From contig CBDETY010000003.1 in assembly GCA_965243025.1 (NCBI GenBank), positions 4,096,001 through 4,160,000 on the forward strand: DNA of 64,000 bases, written 5' to 3'. Numbering within the stretch: the first letter of the stretch is position 1; the number at the start of each line of letters is the position of its first letter. A program made the position numbers and the translations under genes. This document shows positions 56,673 through 64,000 of the stretch, piece after piece. The stretch comes from Candidatus Latescibacterota bacterium (GTDB lineage Bacteria > Latescibacterota > UBA2968 > UBA8231). Below the pieces are notes generated by a model that saw nothing but the letters and a program-made list of their open reading frames with translations, was not told the DNA's origin and searched no databases.

Positions 56673-57497
56673 ATGCCCATGACGGCGGAACTGCAGCTCC
56701 TCAGGCCCCTGAACTGTTGTATCACCGCCGCGTCCGTGCTCATCGGGGCGGTCGCGGGAGGGGCCGTTCCGCCTCCGCCCCCGGTCTGGTTCGCGGTGCT
56801 GGCCGCGGCTCTGGTCACCGGCGCCGGGAACGCCTTCAACGACCTCCGGGACCTCGAGATCGACCGCATCAACCGGCCTCGCAGGCCGCTGCCCTCGGGC
56901 AGGCTGACGCCGCGTCGGGCCGCCCTGGCCGCCGCCGCGAGCGCCGCGGCCGGGCTGGGGTTTGCGGTCGGGGCCGGTCCTGTTCCGGGACTGATCGCCG
57001 CCGGCACGCTCGCGGGACTATGGCTGTACAGCGCCCGCCTCAAGAGCACGGTGCTCTGGGGCAACCTCCTGGTCGCATTCCTCGCGGCGCTGGCTTTTCC
57101 CTTCGGAGCACTCGCCGGCGGGGCCCTGGGACGGTCCTGGGTCCCCGCCGGCTTCGCCCTGCTCTTCCACCTGGGCCGCGAGATCGTCAAGGACGTCGAG
57201 GACCTCGATGGGGACCGCGCCCGCGGGGTGCGCACCCTTGCCCTGGCGGTCGGCGCCCCGAGGGCCCGGTGGGCCGCGGCCGGCGTTTACTCACTGCTGA
57301 TCGCCGGGACCGTCCTGCCTGGCTACCTCGGACTGTACGGCTGGGCATATGGCGCGGTTGTAATGCTGATGGACGCCCTCCTCCTGATCGTCATGGTTCG
57401 TTTCGTTCGCGGCGCCGGGGCCCAGAGCCGGGCGCTGAGGGCTCTCATGCCGCTGGGACTGCTCGCCATCCTGGCCGGCGAGCTGTACCGGGGTTGA
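56673..57497 (+). CDS. UbiA-family prenyltransferase, DGGGP synthase-like
   Basis: LLRPLNC, NDLRDLEIDRINRPRRPLPSG, REIVKDVEDLDGD. Confidence 0.85.
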   Translation: MPMTAELQLLRPLNCCITAASVLIGAVAGGAVPPPPPVWFAVLAAALVTGAGNAFNDLRDLEIDRINRPRRPLPSGRLTPRRAALAAAASAAAGLGFAVGAGPVPGLIAAGTLAGLWLYSARLKSTVLWGNLLVAFLAALAFPFGALAGGALGRSWVPAGFALLFHLGREIVKDVEDLDGDRARGVRTLALAVGAPRARWAAAGVYSLLIAGTVLPGYLGLYGWAYGAVVMLMDALLLIVMVRFVRGAGAQSRALRALMPLGLLAILAGELYRG

Positions 57498-57536
57498 CGG
57501 AGACGCCTGCGCCGGCCGCGCATTACCTTAAGGACC

Positions 57537-58823
57537 ATGAATCTCTCGCCGCCGCGCGGTACCCGGGACTTCTATCCCGACGACTTCCGGCTCCGCGACT
57601 GGCTGTTCACCCATTTCCGCGAGGCCTCGCGGGCCTTTGCCTTCGAAGAGTACGACGCCCCGGTCGTCGAGTCGGAGGAGCTCTACGTCCGCAAGGCCGG
57701 CGAGCAGATCGTCGACGAGCTGTACGGGTTCGAGGACAAGGGGGGGCGGCGCCTCGCCCTGAGACCGGAGATGACCCCTTCCATTGCCCGCCTCGTGCTG
57801 GCCAGGGCGGGGTCGCTGGCGCTGCCGCTGAAGTGGTTCAGCATTCCGCAGTGCTGGCGCTACGAGCGCATCCAGCGCGGCCGCAGGCGCGAGCACTTCC
57901 AGTGGAACGTCGACATCTTCGGCATCTCCGACGTCGCCGCCGAGGCCGAGCTCCTCTGCCTCCTGACGACCCTGTTCTCGCGCCTCGGCCTGACCGCGGA
58001 AGATGTCGAGATCAGGCTCTCGAGCCGCAAGATCATCGAGGCGGTGCTCGACGCCGCCAACGTCCCCGAAGGGCGCTTCTCCGAGGTCTGCGTGCTCGTC
58101 GACAAGCTCGACAAGCTGCCTGCGGCGGCGGTGCGGGAAGATCTCGAGGGTATCGGACTGGACGCCTCCGTCGTCGATACCCTCCTCGAGCTGACTTCGG
58201 TGGGCTCCCTCGAGGACGCCGCCGCCCTGATCGGGGAAGAGAGCGGCGGCATCGGCGACCTGCGCCGGCTGCTCGCTCTGGCCGCCGGGTACGGAATCGC
58301 CGACTGGGTGCGTTTCGACGCCGGCCTGGTGCGCGGCCTCGCCTACTACACCGGGGTGGTCTTCGAGGCTTTCGACCGCGCCTCCGAGCTCAGGGCGATC
58401 TGCGGGGGAGGACGCTACGACCGCCTGCTGTCGACCTTCGGCGGCAGGGACCTCCCCGCCTGCGGCTTCGGCTTCGGGGACGCCGTGATCGTCGAGCTGC
58501 TGTCGGAAAAGGGCCTCCTGCCGGAGCTGCCGCGGCGCTTCGACGACGTCGTCTTCCCCTTCAGCGCCGAGCTGCGGCCCGCGGCCATGGAGGTCGCTTC
58601 CCGCCTGCGCCGGGCCGGCCGCTCGGTCGATCTCGTCCTCGAGGAGCGCAGGATGAAGTGGGCCTTCCGGCACGCCGACAGCTGCGGCGCCTCGCGGCTG
58701 GTCCTCGTCGCCCCGGACGAGTGGGAGCGCGGCCTGGTCAAGGTGCGCGACCTGGAGACAGGGGAAGAGCGGGAGGTCCCCGCCGGCGAGGTCGCCGGCC
58801 TGCACGCGGGGTCCGGGCCGTGA
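57537..58823 (+). CDS. hisS: Histidine--tRNA ligase
   Basis: PRGTRDFYP, LRPEMT, WRYERIQRGRRREHFQ, VRGLAYYTG, GGGRYD. Confidence 0.95.
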   Translation: MNLSPPRGTRDFYPDDFRLRDWLFTHFREASRAFAFEEYDAPVVESEELYVRKAGEQIVDELYGFEDKGGRRLALRPEMTPSIARLVLARAGSLALPLKWFSIPQCWRYERIQRGRRREHFQWNVDIFGISDVAAEAELLCLLTTLFSRLGLTAEDVEIRLSSRKIIEAVLDAANVPEGRFSEVCVLVDKLDKLPAAAVREDLEGIGLDASVVDTLLELTSVGSLEDAAALIGEESGGIGDLRRLLALAAGYGIADWVRFDAGLVRGLAYYTGVVFEAFDRASELRAICGGGRYDRLLSTFGGRDLPACGFGFGDAVIVELLSEKGLLPELPRRFDDVVFPFSAELRPAAMEVASRLRRAGRSVDLVLEERRMKWAFRHADSCGASRLVLVAPDEWERGLVKVRDLETGEEREVPAGEVAGLHAGSGP

Positions 58824-59833
58824 AGATCGGCCTGTGCGCCTGGAGCTTCACGGGCGCTCACAGGGAAGCCGGCTGCCAGATCGATCCCCACGAACCGGAG
58901 GGGCTCGCGGGAATGGCCGCGGCGAGCGGGCTGGCGAGCATCGAAACCGCCGCCGACCTGCTCTCGCGGCGACCCCCCGACGAGCGCGCCAGGTTTCGCG
59001 AGCTGCTGGAGGAATACGGGCTCGACCTGTTTCTCGACACCGGCAGCGAGGATCTCGCCGGGGACCAGGGGCCGCTGCTGGCCGCCATCGACACCGCGGC
59101 CGAGCTCGGGGCCAGGGCCGTGCGCACCACGATCAGCCCGGTCCTGGAAGGAGACCGGCGGCGCTACGGGGCCGCGGGCTGGCGCCGCCACCTGTCCTCC
59201 CTGGTCGAGCCGCTGCGGGGGGCGATGGGGGCCGCCGAGGAGGCGGGGATTCCTGTCGGGATCGAAAACCACCAGGACCTCTGCTCACAGGAGCTGGTCT
59301 GGCTCTGCGAGCAGGTGGGAAGTCCGATGCTGGGGGTCACGATGGACTGCGCCAACGCCCTGGCGGTCGGCGAGACTCCGGAGCAGTTCGCCGGCGCCGT
59401 GCTGCCCCACCTCAAGCACGTCCATCTGAAGGACTACCGCATCCACCCGACGGCGTCCGGTTTCCGCTTCGTCCGCTGCGCCCTCGGGTCCGGGGTCGTC
59501 GACTGGACGCGGCTGCTGCGGCTGTTCGGGGAGGGGCCCGGCGAGCTGCAGGGCTGCATCGAGCTGGGGGCCTCGACGGCGCGCCACATCCGCATCCTCG
59601 AGCCGGAGTTCTGGGAGACCTTCCGCCTGGGGGAGCCGTTTCCCGAGCGCCCTTTCGACTCCGTCCTCGATGCCCTCCGCAGGCTGCACGGAGCGGCGCG
59701 GCCCGCGGACGAGGAGTGGCGCACCCCCCACGAACGGGGGGAACCGGCCGCGGCCTGCTCCGCATACGAGCTGCAGCAGTTCGCCGCCTCGGTTATCCAC
59801 CTCAAGGAGACAGGGGCGCTGGCGGCGCCCTGA
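58820..59833 (+). CDS. Sugar phosphate isomerase/epimerase (xylose isomerase-like TIM barrel)
   Basis: GTG start overlapping the hisS stop, IENHQD, DCAN, HVHLKDY. Confidence 0.85.
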   Translation: MKIGLCAWSFTGAHREAGCQIDPHEPEGLAGMAAASGLASIETAADLLSRRPPDERARFRELLEEYGLDLFLDTGSEDLAGDQGPLLAAIDTAAELGARAVRTTISPVLEGDRRRYGAAGWRRHLSSLVEPLRGAMGAAEEAGIPVGIENHQDLCSQELVWLCEQVGSPMLGVTMDCANALAVGETPEQFAGAVLPHLKHVHLKDYRIHPTASGFRFVRCALGSGVVDWTRLLRLFGEGPGELQGCIELGASTARHIRILEPEFWETFRLGEPFPERPFDSVLDALRRLHGAARPADEEWRTPHERGEPAAACSAYELQQFAASVIHLKETGALAAP

Positions 59834-60027
59834 CTTCAACCCCGCCTGTCATCCGGCCGCAAAGGCTACGGGGCTGCTGCCGGCCCTGCGGTCGCACGGC
59901 ATTGCGGTCCTTCCGGCACTTCCGACTCGACCCGGCGCGCACCTCGTCTACCCCGGAAATTCCGCCGCGCCGGCAGCGCGGCTTGTCTTTGCCCCGGCAA
60001 CTCCGCCCCGCCGGCGCAGCGACTGTA

Positions 60028-61053
60028 TCAACCGATTTTGAGACCCTCGAGCTGACCGGTTTCCGGCAGGTCGGCGATCGCGTTCTCCAGGGTGCCGATC
60101 CCGGCGAAGGTCATGCGCACCAGGTCCCCGGCGACCAGGCCGCCGGGAAGGTCCGCCTCGGCGAACACGATCGGGGTGCCCCAGTACAGGACCTGGAGCT
60201 GCCGGGGATGCAGCGGCAGGCGGCTGAACAGCGACCGCTCCATGTGAAACAGCCCTTCCGGCATGTTGAGATTCCCCTGGCCGGTCGGCCCTTCCTTGAA
60301 GCCGGCCCGGCGGCCGCCGCGGAGGATCTCGCAGCTGACCGCCACGTCGCCGTCGTCGAACTCCGAAGCGGTGACGAGGACCGGCCCGAAGCTGGCGCAG
60401 CCGCCGGCCCAGTTCTTGGCCTGGGGCAGGTTCAGCGGGTTGGCCGCCTCGATGCCGTTGTCGGTGGCGTCGTTGCCCCCGGTGTAACCCAGGCGCTCGA
60501 GCCGGCCGCCCTCGTCGAGGCCGTACAGAGTCACCAGCTCGGTCTCGGGAACCAGCCGCTGCGTGTCCCGGGGGCGGGTGAGCGTCTGTCCGTGGCCGAC
60601 GACGCTGTCCGGGTCCCCCTTGGCGAACAGCTCGGGGCGGCCGCCCGCGGCGCATTCGCGGTACTTCTGCTCGTACACGTTGACCTGGTCGCCGGTGGCC
60701 TGCTTCGACTCGATCTCGCGGAGCCGGGCGCTGTCCTCGTGCGTCACTCCCGCCAGCCAGATGCGCAGGGCGTGGGGATCGCCGGCCGGGCCGCTGGCCG
60801 GCTTGAGCGGGAACGGTCCCCCGTCCCCCTCGCGGCCGGCGAGGAGCTCTGACAGCCGCAGTGAAGGGGCTGGGGCCCTGTCCAGAAGCCTGGAAAGGGC
60901 GACCTCGAAACCTTCGGCCGCTCCGCCGCAATCGTAGTAGATGCCGTGGACGGTCGCCGGCCCGTCTTCCCCGGTCAGGTCGATCACCCTGTCCCCGTCG
61001 ACGGCCCCGACGCGATCGCTGCCGTCCGCATCCCGGTACTGAATCAATCTCAT
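60028..61053 (-). CDS. Fumarylacetoacetate hydrolase family protein
   Basis: WLAGVT, RPELFAK, VPETEL, GYTGGND, NPLNLPQAK. Confidence 0.85.
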   Translation of the reverse strand: MRLIQYRDADGSDRVGAVDGDRVIDLTGEDGPATVHGIYYDCGGAAEGFEVALSRLLDRAPAPSLRLSELLAGREGDGGPFPLKPASGPAGDPHALRIWLAGVTHEDSARLREIESKQATGDQVNVYEQKYRECAAGGRPELFAKGDPDSVVGHGQTLTRPRDTQRLVPETELVTLYGLDEGGRLERLGYTGGNDATDNGIEAANPLNLPQAKNWAGGCASFGPVLVTASEFDDGDVAVSCEILRGGRRAGFKEGPTGQGNLNMPEGLFHMERSLFSRLPLHPRQLQVLYWGTPIVFAEADLPGGLVAGDLVRMTFAGIGTLENAIADLPETGQLEGLKIG

Positions 61054-61308
61054 TTCCTGTCTCCTTTGCTGTCCCGACCATACATCCGGTTCGATTTCTG
61101 CACAGGGCCCGATTCCTGCGTAGAGCGCCGGCTCCCGGGTCTGCCGCCCCTGTCCGGATTCAAGAAGCGCCCGGGACCTCGGCGGCAATCGACCCGGAGG
61201 TCTTGCCGGGAATCCGTTGCCGTCCGTGAAAGCTGCGAGGAAGGCGAGCCCTGCAGTCCGTCCCCGTGCACCTCACGCCCCCGGACCCCGGACGGAGCCT
61301 TCCGCAAC

Positions 61309-62142
61309 TCAGGCGAACAAGGGCTGGTCCCCTGCCGCAACGACGCCGGCCTGCCCCGCCCGGCGCATCAGCTCCTCGATCGCCGCGGTCCCTTCGCTTC
61401 CGTAGTCGAGGGTGAAGTCGTTGACGTAGAGGGCGATGTGGGACTCGACGACGGCGCGCTCCATCTCCTGCGCGTGCGCGGCGACGTACTCCCGCGTCTC
61501 CTCCGGATGGGCGTGGGCGTACTCGACGCTCCGGCGCAGGGCCCTGTCTATGGCGGCGACCGCTTCGGCTCCCAGGTTGCGGCGCGCCGCGATGCCGCCC
61601 AGCGGAATCGGGCGGCCGGTCTCCCGCTCCCACCACTCCCCGAGGTCGACGACCTGCCTCAACCCGTAGTCCGGGTAGGTGAAGCGGCTCTCGTGGATGA
61701 TGACGCCGGCGTCGACGCGGCCGTCCCTCACCGCCGGCATGATCTCGTGAAACGGCAGGATTGCCGGCGCTGGCGAATCCGGGGCGAACAGGCGCAGCAG
61801 CAGCGCCGCGGTCGTCAGCGCTCCCGGGACCGCCACTCTCAGGCCGCCGAGCTCCCCCGGGGAGAGCGCCTCCCTCGCCACCACCAGGGGGCCGCAGCCG
61901 CGGCCGAGGGCCCCGCCCGAACGCAGCAGGCAGTACTCCTCCCTCAGGTGGGCGAGGGCGTGGAAGGACACCTTGACGACGTCGAGCTCGCCGCGCCCCG
62001 CCATCCCGTTAAGGGTCTCGATATCCTCGAGGATCTCGCGGAACCCCGGCGCCCCCGGCAGCCTGCCCCGCACGAGGGCGTAGAAGATGAAGGTGTCGTT
62101 GGGGCAGGGGGAATACCCCAGGGAATAGACCGGGGCGCTCAC
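61309..62142 (-). CDS. mqnD: 1,4-dihydroxy-6-naphthoate synthase
   Basis: SPCPNDTFIF, GGALGRGCGP, IIHESRFTY, HIALYVN. Confidence 0.95.
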   Translation of the reverse strand: MSAPVYSLGYSPCPNDTFIFYALVRGRLPGAPGFREILEDIETLNGMAGRGELDVVKVSFHALAHLREEYCLLRSGGALGRGCGPLVVAREALSPGELGGLRVAVPGALTTAALLLRLFAPDSPAPAILPFHEIMPAVRDGRVDAGVIIHESRFTYPDYGLRQVVDLGEWWERETGRPIPLGGIAARRNLGAEAVAAIDRALRRSVEYAHAHPEETREYVAAHAQEMERAVVESHIALYVNDFTLDYGSEGTAAIEELMRRAGQAGVVAAGDQPLFA

Positions 62143-62861
62143 GGCTCGAGTTTCTCCAGGGCCGCCAGGGCCGCGGACTGGGCGGCCCTGGCGGCCAGGG
62201 GGATCTCCCAGGTGTCGATGTCGCGGTCATCGACCCGGTTGCTGATTCCGCGTATCTCGAGGAAGGGGACGCCGTAAATCCTGCTGACGTGGGCGGCGGC
62301 CGCCCCCTCCATGTTCTCGCACAGGGCTTCGAAGCGCAGCCCCCGCTCCCTGCCGAGGCCGGCGCTGCCGCTGCATTCCTGGACCGTGACGAAGGCGCCG
62401 ACAGCCGGCTCGCCCCCCGCCGCAGCGACGGCGGTTCGGGCCTTCTCGACCAGCTCCCGGTCGAGCGGGAAGCGGTTGAAGATCTCGCTTTCTCCGTCGC
62501 GCCAGACCGGGATGCCGATCAGCTCGCCCGGCTGCCAGCCGGCACCGGTGCGCACCCCGATATCGCCGTACACCTCCTCGCTGGCGAGCGCGACGTCCCC
62601 GACGCGCAGGGAGGTGTGCGGATATCCCCCGCCGACCCCGACCTGCAGGACGAGGCCCGGAAGGTCGGCCTGCAGCGCGCAGGTCAGGGCCTGGGCGGTA
62701 TTGACCGCCCCCAGGCCCCCCTCTATCAGGTGGACGTCCCGGCCCCGCAGGCGGCCGCTGCGCCACGGGCGCCCCCCCACTCGATGGCGGACGCCGTCGA
62801 TCTCACCGGCGAGCAGCCTCTGCTCGGCGGCGGTCGCCGTCAACAGGATGGCGTGGTTCAC
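62139..62861 (-). CDS. mqnB: Futalosine hydrolase
   Basis: PNP-like fold, ENMEGAAAAH, EIRGISN.V.DRD...W, adjacent to mqnD. Confidence 0.9.
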   Translation of the reverse strand: MNHAILLTATAAEQRLLAGEIDGVRHRVGGRPWRSGRLRGRDVHLIEGGLGAVNTAQALTCALQADLPGLVLQVGVGGGYPHTSLRVGDVALASEEVYGDIGVRTGAGWQPGELIGIPVWRDGESEIFNRFPLDRELVEKARTAVAAAGGEPAVGAFVTVQECSGSAGLGRERGLRFEALCENMEGAAAAHVSRIYGVPFLEIRGISNRVDDRDIDTWEIPLAARAAQSAALAALEKLEP

Positions 62862-63156
62862 TTTCTTTTTCCGACCGGGATCATGAGTAAGGGCGAGGGG
62901 TGAAGGAACCCCGGGAAACCGGTGAGTTCTCCGGCGCGCGGCAACGCCGCGGCGGAGAGGCAATAAGCCGGGCGCCGGCGCGGTTCGTCAAGCCTGGGAA
63001 GCCCCTTCTGAACCGACCGATCCCGGCTTTCGGAGGCTGCCGGCGCGGGTTCCGGGACTCCTTCCGAACGCTGTCCGGGATGCTTGTGCAGCCAGTTGCC
63101 GCCGCCCTATCTTCGGCCCCCGATCCCACAGCACACATACCCAGGAGCGGTTGCGG

Positions 63157-64000
63157 ATGCCCGGACTGTACGGACGCAGCTACACGAAACAGCAGATTCT
63201 CGACCTCGTCGGCGACATGAGCCAGGTGGCCGGCCTGCGGCGGGCCGAGCTCGTCGAAGGAAACGAACGCGGCGCCGACCTGATCGAAATTTCGAACGCC
63301 TCGGGGCTCAGCTTCACCCTGCTTCCCGGGCGCGCCCTCGATATCGCCTCGGCGTCGTACAAGGGGATGTCGCTCTGTTTCCGCTCGAAGACCGGGGACG
63401 TCGGCCCGGCGTTCTACGAGCCGGATGGCTTCAACTGGATGCGCGGTTCCTACCTCGGGCTGTTGACGACCTGCGGGTTGACCTTCGTGGGCCACCCGGA
63501 AACCGACCCTGAAGCCGAGAACGAGGAGCTCGGCCTGCACGGCCGCCTTTCCTACATCCCGGCCAAGCAGGTGGTGGCCGGCGGTTCGTGGGAGGGTGAG
63601 GACTACGTCGTTCGCGCCGGCGGCAGGATGCGCGAGACCATCATGTTCGGGCACTGCCTGGAAATGTCCCGGGAGGTGTCGACCGTGCTCGGAGAGAAGT
63701 CGATCCGCATACACGACCGCGTCGAGAACCTGGGAGTGGACCCGGCCCCCCTGATGGTCGTCTACCACACCAATCCAGGCTGGCCGCTGCTCGACGCCGG
63801 CACGCGCCTGGTCCTGCATTCCCGCCTGAGCACCGAGTGGTTGAACGACCAGGAGGTCGCGCCTGAGGATTACTCCCTGGCCACGGAGCCGAAGGCGGAG
63901 ATGCACGACGACGTGTACGTTCACCGGCCGCTTGCGGACAGCGGCGGCGACGTCCATGTCGGCCTGATCAACGAGGGCCTGGAGCTGGGGTTGTACTGGA
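63157..64000 (+). CDS. DUF4432/aldose 1-epimerase family protein, runs off the window end
   Basis: Manual translation gives MPGLYG...VGDMSQVAG...GRALDI...GLLTTCG...GLHGR...YHTNPGWPLLD. Confidence 0.85.
   Translation, partial: MPGLYGRSYTKQQILDLVGDMSQVAGLRRAELVEGNERGADLIEISNASGLSFTLLPGRALDIASASYKGMSLCFRSKTGDVGPAFYEPDGFNWMRGSYLGLLTTCGLTFVGHPETDPEAENEELGLHGRLSYIPAKQVVAGGSWEGEDYVVRAGGRMRETIMFGHCLEMSREVSTVLGEKSIRIHDRVENLGVDPAPLMVVYHTNPGWPLLDAGTRLVLHSRLSTEWLNDQEVAPEDYSLATEPKAEMHDDVYVHRPLADSGGDVHVGLINEGLELGLYW

Noticed and set aside
56717-59833. 1038-aa ORF
   Set aside because: Off-frame overlay on the prenyltransferase and hisS. The real gene starts at GTG 58820.

Overview
The window has two compartments. 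1-24.2 kb is a lower-GC (roughly mid-50s % by eye) array of about 30 short genes, almost all on the minus strand: GNATs, cupins, hydrolases, kinases, and homologues of AadA, CPT and Arr. They are separated by 80-105 bp attC-like elements with RYYYAAC...GTTRRRY-type ends and internal GNA-triloop hairpins. The array ends at an attI-like junction (~24190), a promoter carrying a palindromic operator, and a divergently oriented tyrosine-recombinase pseudogene (24411-24905). The recombinase's surviving motifs look more like the XerD-like 'YRPxxWLFPG...SPLD' integrases than classical IntI. This looks like a sedentary, non-canonical integron-like platform that is now decaying, with half-deleted att sites, fused, duplicated and collapsed cassettes. 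One plus-strand gene at 1288 has its own sigma70 promoter and a highly structured, pseudoknot-capable leader. 24.9-64 kb is very GC-rich core chromosome: a PhyH/ThDP/symporter operon, glnD, hflX, a sulfatase maturase, a C26 hydrolase split by an IS630 element, mutM, clpP, a two-subunit RND pump, HU/IHF, a DGGGPS-like prenyltransferase, hisS and mqnB/mqnD. The gene content suggests a Latescibacterota/Gemmatimonadota-like bacterium (inference only). All family calls come from motif recognition, not database searches.
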